Below, piece by piece: positions 1-10,377 of a DNA stretch of 64,000 bases. The stretch lies in NCBI GenBank assembly GCA_963822445.1, contig CAWGHO010000002.1:1344001-1408000 (forward strand). Reading direction: 5' to 3'. Position 1 is the stretch's first letter. Every line of letters starts with the position of its first letter. The notes beneath the pieces were generated by a model, which saw nothing but the letters and a program-made list of their open reading frames with translations, did not search any database and was not told the DNA's origin. Source of the stretch: an uncultured Acidobacteriota bacterium (GTDB lineage Bacteria; Acidobacteriota; Thermoanaerobaculia; Gp7-AA8). Both the position numbers and the translations under genes were made by a program.

Positions 1-443
1 CCACGACGCTGCATTTCACGGCCGGCGCGAACGGCACCGGCAAGCGCTACGCCGTCAACTCCGACCTCCTCGGCCAGTACGAGTTCCGCCAGCTGGTGAA
101 GTCGTTCGAGCAGCTCTCCGCATTCGGCCTGCCGCCGTACACGGTCAAGCACGGCGAGGGCGCGATCACGGTTTACGCGACCATCGACGACCTTCTCGAC
201 CAGATCTATAAGCTCGCCGAAAAAGGACTCACCATCCAGCGCTACAAAGGCCTCGGCGAAATGAACCCCGAGCAGCTCTGGGACACGACCATGAACCCCG
301 AAACGCGGCGCCTCCTGCAGGTCACCATTCAGGACGCCGTCGGCGCCGACGAGATCTTCACGATCCTCATGGGCGACCAGGTCGAGCCGCGGCGCCTGTT
401 CATTCAGGACAACGCATTGGATGTGAAGAATCTCGATATTTAG
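1..443 (+). CDS. gyrB: DNA gyrase subunit B, C-terminal part (5' truncated by window edge)
   Basis: [20 protein letters not shown] and [18 protein letters not shown] motifs; directly upstream of gyrA. Confidence 0.97.
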   Translation, partial: TTLHFTAGANGTGKRYAVNSDLLGQYEFRQLVKSFEQLSAFGLPPYTVKHGEGAITVYATIDDLLDQIYKLAEKGLTIQRYKGLGEMNPEQLWDTTMNPETRRLLQVTIQDAVGADEIFTILMGDQVEPRRLFIQDNALDVKNLDI

Positions 444-447
444 CGAC

Positions 448-546
448 GTCGTTAGTGGTTAGTCGTTAGTCGTTAGTAGAACGACGACGGCTCACCGCGA
501 ACTACGACAGCTACTAACGACTAATCACTAACGACTAACGACTAAT
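448..546. repeat. Inverted tandem heptamer element (GTTAGTC)n ... (GACTAAC)n
   Basis: Left arm GTC GTTAGTG GTTAGTC GTTAGTC GTTAGTAG (448-479); right arm CTACTAAC GACTAAT CACTAAC GACTAAC GACTAAT (511-546). Confidence 0.9.
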
Positions 547-3199
547 GTCAGACACCGATACTCCTCAATTCAACGACCAGCGCATTCCCGTCAACATCGA
601 AGACGAGATGCGCAAGTCGTATCTCGACTACGCGATGTCCGTCATCATCGGACGTGCGCTGCCGGACGTCCGCGACGGCCTCAAGCCGGTGCATCGCCGC
701 ATCCTCTACGGCATGTACGAGCAGGGGAACACGGCGGGCAAGGCCTACAAGAAATCGGCGCGCATCGTCGGCGACGTGATGGGTAAGTTCCACCCGCACG
801 GCGACTCGGCGATCTACGACACCGTCGTGCGCATGGCCCAGGACTTCTCGATGCGGTACCGCCTCGTCGACGGCCAGGGCAACTTCGGCTCGATCGACGG
901 CGACAACCCCGCGGCGATGCGGTACACCGAGGTTCGGCTCACGCGGCTCGCTGAAGAGCTGATGCGGGACGACATCGACAAAGAGACCATCGACTGGGTC
1001 CCGAACTACGACGGCTCGCTGTCCGAGCCTTCCGTGCTGCCGGCCAAGTATCCGAACCTGCTCGTCAACGGCTCGTCGGGCATTGCCGTCGGCATGGCCA
1101 CGAACATCCCCCCGCACAACCTCGGCGAAGTGATCGACGCCGTCCAGATGATGATCGACAACCCGTCGGTCACCTGGCAGGAGCTGATGACCGTGCTGCC
1201 GGGCCCTGATTTCCCGACCGCCGGGTACATCCACGGCATCGAAGGAATCCGCCAGGCCTACTCGACCGGCCGGGGCATCATTCAGGTGCGCGCGAAAGCG
1301 GGCATCGAGACCCAGAAGAAGAGCGAGAAGCAGCAGATCGTCGTGACGGAAGTGCCGTACATGACGAACAAGGCCCGCCTGCTCGAGAAGATCGCGGAGC
1401 TGGTCAAGGACAAGCGCATCGAAGGCATCTCCGATCTGCGCGACGAGTCCGACCGCGAAGGCATCCGCATCGTCATCGAACTGAAGCGCGACGCCATCGC
1501 CGAGATCGTGCTGAACCACCTGTATCGCAACACGCAGATGCAGACGACGTTCGGCATCATCTTCCTGGCCATCGTCAACAACAAGCCGGAGATCATGCCC
1601 CTGGCGTCGATCCTCCGGCACTTCATCGAGCATCGCAAAGAGATCGTCGTCCGCCGCACGCGCTTCGAGCTTCGCAAAGCGGAAGAGCGCGCGCATGTAC
1701 TCGAAGGCCTGGTCAAAGCGCTCGACATCCTCGACGAGCTGATCACGATGATTCGCGGCAGCCGCACGCCCGATGAAGCGAAGCAGGGACTGATTTCGAC
1801 CTGGGACTTCAGCCCGATTCAGGCGCAGGCCATTCTCGAAATGCGCCTGCAGCGCCTCACTGGTCTCGAGCGCGAGAAGCTCATCGCCGAGTACCAGGAT
1901 GTGCTCGCGACGATCGCGCGCCTCAAGGAAATTCTCGCGTCAGAAAAGCTCGTCCTCGAGATCATCTCGACCGAGCTCCGCGAGATCAAAGACGCGTACA
2001 ACGATCCGCGCCGCACCGAGATCATCCCCGACACGAACGAGATCTCGATCGAGGATCTCGTCGCCGACGAGGACATGGTCATCACCGTGTCGCGCGGCGG
2101 CTACATCAAGCGCTCGCCGCTTTCGATGTATCGCGCGCAGCGCCGCGGCGGCAAAGGCCGCATCGGCATGCAGACCAAGGAAGAGGATATCGTCGAGCAC
2201 CTCTTCGTCGCGTCGACGCACGCGTACGTGCTGGTGTTCACCGATCGCGGCCGGATGTACTGGCTGAAGGTGCACGCCATTCCGGAAGTCGCGTCGAACG
2301 CGCGCGGAAAAGCGATCGTCAATCTGCTCCCTGTCGAGCAGAACGAAAACGTTCGCGCGCTGCTCACCTCGCGCGATTTCACCGAAGGCAAGTACGTGGT
2401 GATGGCCACGCGCGCGGGCAAGATCAAGAAGACCGAGCTCGCGGCATTCTCCAATGTCCGCGCGGCGGGAATCATCGCCATCGACATCCTCGAAGGCGAC
2501 GATCTCTACGCCGTCCGCCTGTCGAACGGCAACAACGAGATCTTCGTCGGCACGCATGGCGGCATGGCCATCCGCTTCCACGAGTCGGACATCCGGCCGA
2601 TGGGCCGCGGCGCCGCCGGCGTGAAAGCGATCACTCTCAAGCGCGACGACAGCGTCATCGAGATGGAAGTGCTGCCGGAGACGCCGGAAGGACGCGTTCG
2701 CGCCGAGAAGAACGAGCGGAAAGCGCAGAACGGCGAGGAAGCGGACATCGAAGTGGAGCCGCTCGAGACCGCGGACGTGGCCGACGAGGAAGCGGGCGAG
2801 GACGAGATCATCGAAGCGCCGGACGATCAGTACGGCACGATCCTCACCGTCACCGAGCGCGGCTTCGGCAAGCGCACGCCGGTGCGCTCGTATCGCCTGA
2901 CCGCCCGCGGCGCGCGCGGCGTTTCGAACATCAAGATCACTGACAAGAACGGCAAAGTCGCCGGTGCGGCGCACGTGCAGGCCGGCGATCAGCTGCTGCT
3001 GATCACCGAGCAGGGCATGATGATCCGCGTCTCCGTCGACGGCATCCGTTCGATGGGCCGCAACACCCAGGGCGTCCGCATCATCAACATCGATGACGAC
3101 GACGTGGTCGTAGGCGCCGTGAAGGTCGTCGATCGCGAACAGCCCGAGGATGAAGACGGAGAGGAAAACGCTGCACCTGCAGAAGAGCCGGTGCACTAA
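545..3199 (+). CDS. gyrA: DNA gyrase subunit A
   Basis: [28 protein letters not shown] (catalytic Tyr), GyrA-box QRRGGKG, C-terminal beta-pinwheel repeats. Confidence 0.99.
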   Translation: MSDTDTPQFNDQRIPVNIEDEMRKSYLDYAMSVIIGRALPDVRDGLKPVHRRILYGMYEQGNTAGKAYKKSARIVGDVMGKFHPHGDSAIYDTVVRMAQDFSMRYRLVDGQGNFGSIDGDNPAAMRYTEVRLTRLAEELMRDDIDKETIDWVPNYDGSLSEPSVLPAKYPNLLVNGSSGIAVGMATNIPPHNLGEVIDAVQMMIDNPSVTWQELMTVLPGPDFPTAGYIHGIEGIRQAYSTGRGIIQVRAKAGIETQKKSEKQQIVVTEVPYMTNKARLLEKIAELVKDKRIEGISDLRDESDREGIRIVIELKRDAIAEIVLNHLYRNTQMQTTFGIIFLAIVNNKPEIMPLASILRHFIEHRKEIVVRRTRFELRKAEERAHVLEGLVKALDILDELITMIRGSRTPDEAKQGLISTWDFSPIQAQAILEMRLQRLTGLEREKLIAEYQDVLATIARLKEILASEKLVLEIISTELREIKDAYNDPRRTEIIPDTNEISIEDLVADEDMVITVSRGGYIKRSPLSMYRAQRRGGKGRIGMQTKEEDIVEHLFVASTHAYVLVFTDRGRMYWLKVHAIPEVASNARGKAIVNLLPVEQNENVRALLTSRDFTEGKYVVMATRAGKIKKTELAAFSNVRAAGIIAIDILEGDDLYAVRLSNGNNEIFVGTHGGMAIRFHESDIRPMGRGAAGVKAITLKRDDSVIEMEVLPETPEGRVRAEKNERKAQNGEEADIEVEPLETADVADEEAGEDEIIEAPDDQYGTILTVTERGFGKRTPVRSYRLTARGARGVSNIKITDKNGKVAGAAHVQAGDQLLLITEQGMMIRVSVDGIRSMGRNTQGVRIINIDDDDVVVGAVKVVDREQPEDEDGEENAAPAEEPVH

Positions 3200-3205
3200 C
3201 CGAAC

Positions 3206-3490
3206 ATGATTCGCCCCTCACGGGAACGGATGAGCCAACTCGCGCGCGACCTGCTCGACGCGTTGTCGCGGTCGCGCGCGGTCGTGCTTCTCAAAGACCG
3301 CGAGGTCGTCCGGCAGGCCATCGCCCACGCCCTCACCGACGAGCTGCGCCGCGAGGAAGAGCGCGAAGACAGCGCCCGCCGCCGCATCGCCGCCATGCAC
3401 CCGCGCCCGAAGACCGGTTCAGCAGAGTGGGAAGAGCTCTTCCAGAGATTTGTGGAGGAGGAGTACTTGCGGGAAGGGCTGGACAGCTAG
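3206..3490 (+). CDS. Small protein, DUF507-like
   Basis: 94-aa helical ORF 6 bp after gyrA; pattern resembles DUF507 from recall. Confidence 0.6.
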   Translation: MIRPSRERMSQLARDLLDALSRSRAVVLLKDREVVRQAIAHALTDELRREEEREDSARRRIAAMHPRPKTGSAEWEELFQRFVEEEYLREGLDS

Positions 3491-3861
3491 TTCGTTTCGG
3501 GTTCCGGCTCGGCATTCGCCGCCGCTTCCCGGGCCGCCGTGCTGCGCGTCAGGGTGTCTTCTTCCTCTTCCCCGATCATGCGCCGCAGCCTCTGCGCCTT
3601 CATCCGCTCGAAGATCCCGCCGGCGTTCCCGGCCGGAATCCAGCTGTTGCCCGCGCACTTCGGGCAGCGCCCGCGGAAGGCGATGTTTTTCCCGCAGTCC
3701 GGACAGATGATGACCAGCGAGTGAGAGAGCTCGAATTTCTGCTCCCCCTCGGCGTCCAGGCTGTTCAGGAAAGAGGCAAGGTTGGTAAACGTCTCGTCCA
3801 GGGCGTTTCTCTCCGGACGGGCGATTAGTGCACGCGACGTGCCGTGTGGTGCCTGCACCAC
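3487..3861 (-). CDS. Hypothetical protein with zinc ribbon
   Basis: CPDCG-x7-CPKC; fills the gap downstream of rng. Confidence 0.6.
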   Translation of the reverse strand: MVQAPHGTSRALIARPERNALDETFTNLASFLNSLDAEGEQKFELSHSLVIICPDCGKNIAFRGRCPKCAGNSWIPAGNAGGIFERMKAQRLRRMIGEEEEDTLTRSTAAREAAANAEPEPETN

Positions 3862-3865
3862 ACCT

Positions 3866-5368
3866 CTAGATCCGCATCAGATCGAACTGCTCGTGATGCA
3901 GCGACTCATCGGGCTTGAACACCAGGTGAATCCCCAGCGTCCGCTCGACCTCCTCGAAGATCGGGTCGCCGGTGTGGAGCGTTCCGTAGACGATCGGGTT
4001 CACCCTCACGATCACGTCCTGCCCTTCGTGGAAATCGCGCAGCTTTATCAGCTCGCGCCAGATCTCCAGGGCGATGGTCGTGTTCGACTTGATCCGTCCG
4101 CCGCCGCCGCAGTACGGGCAGGCCTGCGTCAGTGACCGCTCCAGGCTCTGGCGAACGCGTTTCCGTGTCATCTCGATGAGCCCGAACTCGGAGATCTGCA
4201 GGATCTTCGTCTTCGAGCGATCCTTCTTGATCTCCACCTCCAGCGCTTCGAAGAGCCGCTGACGGTTCGATGCGTCTTCCATGTCGATGAAGTCGAGGAC
4301 GATGATGCCGCCGAGGTCGCGGAGGCGGATCTGGCGGACGATTTCCTTGGCCGCCTCGAGGTTCGTGCGGAACACGGTCTCCTCGAGGTTCTTCTTCCCG
4401 ACGTACTTGCCCGTGTTCACGTCGATCGCCACCAGAGCCTCGGTCTGATTGATGACGATGTACCCGCCCGATTTCAGCCAGACCTTCGACTTCAGGGCCT
4501 TGGCGATCTCCGGCTCGATTCCGAACTCGTCGAAGATCGGCTCGTCGCGGCGGAACAGGCGCACACGCGGGACGAGCTGCGGCTGAATCTGATCGAGGAA
4601 CTCGACGATGCGCTGGTACTGCTCGATCGAGTCGACCCAGACGCTCTTGAACTCCGCGGACAGCACATCGCGGATCGTGCGCAGGACGAGATCGAGATCG
4701 TGATGAATGGCATTCGGTGCCGAAGCCTTGTCGGCGCGGCGGCGGATGTGCTCCCAAAGATCGGTGAGGTACTTCAGATCGGCCGCGAACTCCGCTTCAT
4801 CGCGACCCTCACCGGCGGTGCGCACGATGAAGCCGCCGTGAGTGCCCGGGCGGATCCGCTCGAGCATTTCCTTGAGCCGTCCTCGCTCTTCCTCGTCCTC
4901 AATGCGCCGCGACACGCCGACGTGATTCACGGTCGGCATGTAGACCAGGAAGCGGCCCGGCAGGGTGATGTGGCTGGTGATGCGCGCGCCTTTGCCGGCG
5001 ATGGTGTCCTTCGAGACCTGCACCACGATCTCCTGCCCTTCACGCAGCAGATCGGAAATCGAGGCCTCGGACCGATGGCTGGGCGCGACGTCGTCGAGGT
5101 GGAGCTCGTCGGGCGTCTCGCTCTCGTACTCCTCCAGCTCCTCGAGGACGTCGGAGACGTAGAGGAAGGCGTCGCGCTCCAGGCCGAGGTCGACGAAGGC
5201 GGACTGCATGCCCGGGAGGACCTTGGTGACGCGGCCCTTGTAGATGTTTCCGACGATGGTGCGGTGGCGGATCCGCTCCACCCACAGCTCGACCACCTGA
5301 CCTTCGTCGAGCACAGCAATGCGCGACTCGTGTCGGGTCGCATTGATCACGATCTCGCGCGACGACAT
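3866..5368 (-). CDS. rng: Rne/Rng family ribonuclease (RNase G size)
   Basis: GNIYKGRV...PGMQSAFVD S1 domain, IDVNTG, RLRDLGGIIVLDFIDM, CPYC Zn-link; 500 aa. Confidence 0.93.
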   Translation of the reverse strand: MSSREIVINATRHESRIAVLDEGQVVELWVERIRHRTIVGNIYKGRVTKVLPGMQSAFVDLGLERDAFLYVSDVLEELEEYESETPDELHLDDVAPSHRSEASISDLLREGQEIVVQVSKDTIAGKGARITSHITLPGRFLVYMPTVNHVGVSRRIEDEEERGRLKEMLERIRPGTHGGFIVRTAGEGRDEAEFAADLKYLTDLWEHIRRRADKASAPNAIHHDLDLVLRTIRDVLSAEFKSVWVDSIEQYQRIVEFLDQIQPQLVPRVRLFRRDEPIFDEFGIEPEIAKALKSKVWLKSGGYIVINQTEALVAIDVNTGKYVGKKNLEETVFRTNLEAAKEIVRQIRLRDLGGIIVLDFIDMEDASNRQRLFEALEVEIKKDRSKTKILQISEFGLIEMTRKRVRQSLERSLTQACPYCGGGGRIKSNTTIALEIWRELIKLRDFHEGQDVIVRVNPIVYGTLHTGDPIFEEVERTLGIHLVFKPDESLHHEQFDLMRI

Positions 5369-5450
5369 CCGGCGCGAATTGTAGACGCGCTGGCCCGATC
5401 CACCTCGTGGAATCGCCCCGCGCTCCCCGCGGTTAACGCGCTAGCCTGCC

Positions 5451-5479
5451 TTGACCACGGGCAGCCGCGGTGCTATTTT
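5451..5479 (+). promoter_or_regulatory. Putative sigma70 promoter of tRNA-Asn
   Basis: TTGACC, 17-bp spacer, TATTTT preceded by TGn; followed by a GC-rich discriminator-like tract. Confidence 0.55.
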
Positions 5480-5501
5480 CCGCGCCCCTTTTGCCAAGTA
5501 C

Positions 5502-5577
5502 TCCGGCATAGCTCAGTTGGTAGAGCAGCGGACTGTTAATCCGCGGGTCGTAGGTTCGAGTCCTACTGCCGGAGCCA
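5502..5577 (+). tRNA. tRNA-Asn(GTT)
   Basis: TCCGGCA/TGCCGGA acceptor stem, anticodon arm GCGGA-CTGTTAA-TCCGC, GGTTCGAGTCC, encoded CCA. Confidence 0.97.
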
Positions 5578-5590
5578 TTTCCTCCCGCCC

Positions 5591-8500
5591 TCAGGTCTGA
5601 TCGGCAGCGCCCCGCTTCTCCGAGAAGACTCCAATCAGCTTCATGATGATCGGCAGGCCCGTCGTGAGCGCGGTGGCGAACGCCGTGGTCGTCGTCAGCA
5701 GGTCTTTCTGCGTCGCGAAGAGCAGAAGCAGGAAGCTGATGATCACGATGAAGAACGGGAGGCGGAGCGAGTCCCAGGTGCTCTCCCCATGTTCGGCGCG
5801 GGCGCGGCCAACCACGTCTTCACGCTGCGCTGCGCCGAGGACGTAGAGGCGGAAGGTCTCGCTGAACAGTTGCAGGTTGGGATCGTGGCGCACCAGCCCG
5901 CGGGCGATGAGGCGCCGCAGCGTCCGTCTGTTTCGTCCGTTCGCCAGGCCGTTGTGCGCGAGTTGGAAGAGCAGCAGCTTTTCGTCTTGGCGGCAACTCG
6001 CCCACAGGCCGGCGTAGTAAGTCTCGGCGCGCTCGGAGATCTCGTCGAGCAGATGCGCGCGGTCGGCGCCGGTCGGAAGCTCATCACGCAGGCGACGGAG
6101 GAACGGGTTGTACGCCGTCTCCTTGTCCAGCCAGTTTTTCGGCGCGCCGACGTGCAACTGGCTCAGCGTCCGGAAGTTCTGCCGCCGTTTCCACTCCTCA
6201 TGCCGCAGCTCCAGCTCCTCGGCCGTAACGGTCACGAACCGGTCCAGCACCGCCCGCCAGCGCGCGAGATAGTCAGGCGGAGGATCGTTCGGCGGCCCGA
6301 CAGTCATCACGAAAGCCGGACTGACCGTGGAGATCATGATCACCGTGCGATCGGGGAGCGACAACAGCCGCTCCAGCCATCGCAGCTTCTTCAGATTCAC
6401 GTCGCCGTTGTTGATCTCGTGTTCGAAGTCGACGATGCGCGTGTTCCGGCCCGCCGCGCTGCTGTCGAGCTTTTCGAGCGCGGTGTCCCACGTGTCGGTG
6501 CGGTCGAGCTCCTCGAACGAGATGTTCAGGAACGGCAGGCCTTTGCCCATCGGATCATCGCCGGTCAGGGTCGCGGCGTCCTTGTCGCGACGGACCAGGA
6601 AGATGTGATCGCCGAGGGTCGGGCTGAGGGGCAGACGGGCCATCCAGTGCGGCTCCGTCACGTCCATCAGCAGGACTCGCGACGCGATGAAACCGGCGGC
6701 GTACCAGAAGACGATGAGGACGGCGAGGCCGCTGACCACCATCGCCACCAACGGATAACCGGGATTGCTGTCGTCATGGTCGCCCGTCGAGCTTCGGAGC
6801 GAGAAAATGACGATCTTCTGATGTGGCGGCACCGGAGTGTCCGGCCAGAGTTTCCGGGATACGCCGACGTCGAAACGGACTTTGCGCTCGAGCGTCAGGC
6901 AGTCGCGCCGGCCCTGCAGACCATCGTGGTCCGAGCACGTTTCGTCGCGCCTCCACTGCCAGAGTCTGTCCGCGGTTCCAACGTCGAACAGCGGCCGGAT
7001 CGCGATCGAATCCTCGTACAGAGCGGGCAGCAGGTTCGTGGCCCAGAAGGGGATCGTCGGCTGGAGATCCGGCTGTTCGAGACGAGCTGTCCAGAGTTGC
7101 CAGCTGCTGCTGAACATCTCGCTCAGAATCGCGGGGCGGTGGATATCGCCGGCGACAGCCTGAGTGTTGTGTGACAGCACGTTGAGTTTCGTCAGACGGT
7201 CGATCCGGTGCTCCAGGTCCGCGGCGGCGCGGAGCTGGCCGTACTTCACCAGCAGCTCTGACTGCACGTGGCGGCTGATGTTGAAGAAAGCGGCCACCGG
7301 CAGCGCGGCGCACAGGACGAGGAGCAGGACGCCGCAGAGACGGTAGAGGACCGAGTATCCGATCGGGAAGCGCGCCAGCGTGCTCCGCGTGAAACGACTT
7401 ACCGCGGGGCTGGTGATCGCCATCGCGGTGAGCGTGGCGACGGCGATGGCGACGGCGAAGAGCACCGCTTTCGCGATCTTCGGGTCCTCGGAGAAAAAAC
7501 GGCCTGAAACGACTTCGTAGCCGAGGAGGAAATAGAAAAGGACCGCGTTGGCGACGATCCACAACGCCGCGGCGATCATGAAGCGCCGCCCGCGCGCGAT
7601 CCGATGCAGCACGAGATAGGTGCTCAGCATGGCCAGCGCCGGAATCATCGTCACGGCGTAAAACGCCGACCACGGCGTGAGCACATAAACGGTCAGGGCG
7701 AAGAGCAGCAAAAGTGCGAGATAGATGACACAGAGGCGCAGGTAGTCGCTGCGCCTCGACTCGTCCGGCCAGATGCTCGGCGCGCGGTATCCGGGGACGA
7801 CGACGAGCACGAAAATGTACAGAAGGACATACGGTGCCGCGCTGATGAGCAGGAGCAACAGCGTGAGCAGCGCCGCCTCCACGTTCAACACGCGCGTGAG
7901 CCGTTTCGCGCGGTAGACGATCAGCGTCCAGCGCGAGCCGGTCAGCGGCTGCACGAACATCGACTTGTCTTCGCCCCAGTAACTCGCCGACACGTGGCTC
8001 TGGCGGCGGGCAAGCACCGCCGACCGCAGCTCTCGATTGCGATCGGTCTCGGTGAAGATGTTCTCGTACCCGATGCGCTCGTTGTCGGAGTGATAAATGA
8101 CTTCGCCGTACTCGTCGATGATCGCCATCTCGACGCCGGTCGGCCGCACGGCGTGGGTGATGTCGATCAGGTCGGTGGACATGGCAATCACCGGGTACAG
8201 CGGATCGGGAGCGTTGAGCGGAAGCCTCGGGTCGCGCGTGTTCTTCGCCAGTACCGCCCGGACCTCGCCGGTCGATCGCGACCGGACCCACTCGAGAACG
8301 TAGGGCTGCTCTTTGACGGTCCAGGTCCGGTTGATCAACGCGTCGCGGAAGTACTGCCGCTGGCCGACGTCACCGACAGGAGTCGCCTTCCTGAAGTCGA
8401 AACGGACCTTCTGCTTTCCATCCTTGTCGATCCATGCGATTGAATCGATGTAGGGATAACCGCCGACGTTCCTGGGATCCGTCAGGCCTCGTACGATCTT

Positions 8501-9682
8501 CGACTCGTCGGCGGACGTCGGCACCGGACCGGCCAGCGCCTGCGCGCGGTTGAGCACGGTCATCGCGCGCACGACGTTCCTGCCGAAGTCGTCCACCACC
8601 ATTTCGCTGAAATCGTGGAGCTGTTCGTCGGCGCCGCGCGTAAGACTGCGATAGGCGAAGACGTCGAACACGGCCAGCGTCAGCACGCACGCGCCGACGG
8701 CCGTGCAGATCACGATCAGCGCGACGTCGCCGATGGTCAGCTCCTCGCCCGGATGGATGAGCGCGATCCGGAGAAACGGCCAGCAGCAAAGCGCGAGAAG
8801 AGCGATCGCCACCGCCACGAGAATCACCGAGGCGGAGACGGCCGAGACGTCGTAACGGAAGCGGGACGCGGAGACGAGACCGCAGATGATCCACGGCTGC
8901 GCCTTGCCCGTCTGGCTGACGCTCTCGCGTGCGAAGGGATAAGGCTGCGCGAAGAGCAGGTAGTCGTCGTCGCCGAGGCGCACGCGCAGCTGTTCGGTTC
9001 CCTGCAGCAGCCGGTCCGCTTTCAACGGCACGTACTCGCGCCATCGCGTTCGTTCCTCGATCGCGCTGAAGTGGGTGATCACGAGTGCCGAACGGCTTTC
9101 GCGCTCCCTCCTGGCGCGGTTCGCCGAGCGAATGATGGCCGGCGTCGGTTCGGGGAGTCCGAGATCCTCGTCGAGCGGATCCTCTTCCGTCGTCAGCAGC
9201 GAAGACGCGGCCGGCGGCGTCCGGAAACTGTAGAGAATCCGCCCTTCATGGTTTGCGATGAGGACCATGTCGAATGCCGCGCCGACCCGCCGCGCGAAGA
9301 TGGGCCGCAGCACGTCGTCGAGCCGCACGGTGGCATACGCGGTCCCGGCGTACAGCTTGATCGCCCACCCGCGCGCGGTCTCGTACGGCTCGCGCTTGAT
9401 CTCCGCCTCGGCCGGTATCTCCTTCGGACTCCTTCGGTCCGGCTTCAGGATGCCCTCGCGGAGCTCGCGCACGTGCGTTCCGATCCGCCCTTCGATCTGC
9501 GCCGCCAGCGTCGAGATCAGACGGAGGTTGCGGCCGGTGTAGTAATCGACCTGGCCGCGGTAGAAGGCGTAATACATCGCGCCGATGACCGCGATCGCCG
9601 TGATGGTGATGATCAGAGGCCCGCGCAACGCGGATCGAATCTTCCGCTTGACGCGCGCGGCACCCTCCGCAAACGTGGTCAT
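5591..9682 (-). CDS. Large polytopic membrane protein with Cache-like sensor domains
   Basis: 1363 aa; Cache-like segments (RQYFRDA...MAIIDEYGEVIYHSD...WTLIV), many TM helices, C-terminal cytoplasmic helical region. Confidence 0.8.
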   Translation of the reverse strand: MTTFAEGAARVKRKIRSALRGPLIITITAIAVIGAMYYAFYRGQVDYYTGRNLRLISTLAAQIEGRIGTHVRELREGILKPDRRSPKEIPAEAEIKREPYETARGWAIKLYAGTAYATVRLDDVLRPIFARRVGAAFDMVLIANHEGRILYSFRTPPAASSLLTTEEDPLDEDLGLPEPTPAIIRSANRARRERESRSALVITHFSAIEERTRWREYVPLKADRLLQGTEQLRVRLGDDDYLLFAQPYPFARESVSQTGKAQPWIICGLVSASRFRYDVSAVSASVILVAVAIALLALCCWPFLRIALIHPGEELTIGDVALIVICTAVGACVLTLAVFDVFAYRSLTRGADEQLHDFSEMVVDDFGRNVVRAMTVLNRAQALAGPVPTSADESKIVRGLTDPRNVGGYPYIDSIAWIDKDGKQKVRFDFRKATPVGDVGQRQYFRDALINRTWTVKEQPYVLEWVRSRSTGEVRAVLAKNTRDPRLPLNAPDPLYPVIAMSTDLIDITHAVRPTGVEMAIIDEYGEVIYHSDNERIGYENIFTETDRNRELRSAVLARRQSHVSASYWGEDKSMFVQPLTGSRWTLIVYRAKRLTRVLNVEAALLTLLLLLISAAPYVLLYIFVLVVVPGYRAPSIWPDESRRSDYLRLCVIYLALLLLFALTVYVLTPWSAFYAVTMIPALAMLSTYLVLHRIARGRRFMIAAALWIVANAVLFYFLLGYEVVSGRFFSEDPKIAKAVLFAVAIAVATLTAMAITSPAVSRFTRSTLARFPIGYSVLYRLCGVLLLVLCAALPVAAFFNISRHVQSELLVKYGQLRAAADLEHRIDRLTKLNVLSHNTQAVAGDIHRPAILSEMFSSSWQLWTARLEQPDLQPTIPFWATNLLPALYEDSIAIRPLFDVGTADRLWQWRRDETCSDHDGLQGRRDCLTLERKVRFDVGVSRKLWPDTPVPPHQKIVIFSLRSSTGDHDDSNPGYPLVAMVVSGLAVLIVFWYAAGFIASRVLLMDVTEPHWMARLPLSPTLGDHIFLVRRDKDAATLTGDDPMGKGLPFLNISFEELDRTDTWDTALEKLDSSAAGRNTRIVDFEHEINNGDVNLKKLRWLERLLSLPDRTVIMISTVSPAFVMTVGPPNDPPPDYLARWRAVLDRFVTVTAEELELRHEEWKRRQNFRTLSQLHVGAPKNWLDKETAYNPFLRRLRDELPTGADRAHLLDEISERAETYYAGLWASCRQDEKLLLFQLAHNGLANGRNRRTLRRLIARGLVRHDPNLQLFSETFRLYVLGAAQREDVVGRARAEHGESTWDSLRLPFFIVIISFLLLLFATQKDLLTTTTAFATALTTGLPIIMKLIGVFSEKRGAADQT

Positions 9683-9707
9683 GGATTGGCCTTCTACTAG
9701 TGGGAGG

Positions 9708-9792
9708 ACCGCCGGTGCCGTATTTCCCTACCCGGAGATGACTCCGCCGAGCGGACGCGCGCGTTCGACACGCTCGTGGTCTGGAAGCCGCT
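9708..9792 (+). repeat. Internally deleted duplicate of the ECF sigma promoter/5' region (11411-11585)
   Basis: 9708-9736 = 11411-11439 (29 bp); 9737-9777 = 11524-11564 (41 bp); 9781-9792 = 11574-11585 (12 bp). Confidence 0.92.
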
Positions 9793-9798
9793 GCGGCT

Positions 9799-10377
9799 TC
9801 AAAGGATCGCTTGCACGACCACCCAAACAGCCCCGAAACCATCAACGATCGCGAAGAGGTAGAACACCCTTATGAGGCCTCCAGTTATGGTGTCGGCGGC
9901 GACGGGTCGCGCAAGCCACGTCGCGGCGTTCTGAAGGATCTCGCGTTCGCTGGACATTCCCCGAGTTGTCTCGACAGCTAACGTCGCTCCTTCGAAGGTG
10001 TGCCCCTCTATCTGCCGGGTGCGTCCGAGAAGGTTTTCTACGAGTGTTTTCTTGTAGACAACAGCACGGTAGTAGCTGTGTCCCTGCTTCACAGCTCTCG
10101 CGGCCAAGACCGCTATGCACAGTCCGACGATGAGGACTGCCACGACAAGAACCGGTGCATTCTCACCGCCGAATCTCAGAAGAGTCGCCGCTACGGTAAC
10201 GATAGCCGCGTTGAGGCCGAGATAACTCTGGGTTCGATCCGAGTTGAGCTTCACCTGGAACCGATACTCCTCCATCAGCAACTCGTGAAGGGCCACGAGC
10301 TCGCTACGGCCGATATCAATCGGCGTCTCGGCATTCCAGGCAAGTCGGACGCGTTCGGCCGGCTCGGGATCGGTCAT
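9799..10377 (-). CDS. Three-TM membrane protein (possible effector)
   Basis: 192 aa; TMs YLGLNAAIVTVAATLL, VLVVAVLIVGLCIAVLAA and C-terminal LIRVFYLFAIVDGFGAVWVVV; ATGA overlap with the upstream NUDIX gene. Confidence 0.8.
   Translation of the reverse strand: MTDPEPAERVRLAWNAETPIDIGRSELVALHELLMEEYRFQVKLNSDRTQSYLGLNAAIVTVAATLLRFGGENAPVLVVAVLIVGLCIAVLAARAVKQGHSYYRAVVYKKTLVENLLGRTRQIEGHTFEGATLAVETTRGMSSEREILQNAATWLARPVAADTITGGLIRVFYLFAIVDGFGAVWVVVQAIL

Noticed and set aside
448-546. Heptamer arrays as CRISPR repeats
   Set aside because: No 23-50 bp repeats separated by unique spacers, and no cas genes in the window.
548-3196. Long antisense ORFs opposite gyrA (and similar ones at 22894-25749, 38330-40498, 49536-51812, 55858-57459)
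   Set aside because: Shadow frames expected from high-GC codon bias; no motifs, and they fully overlap well-supported genes.
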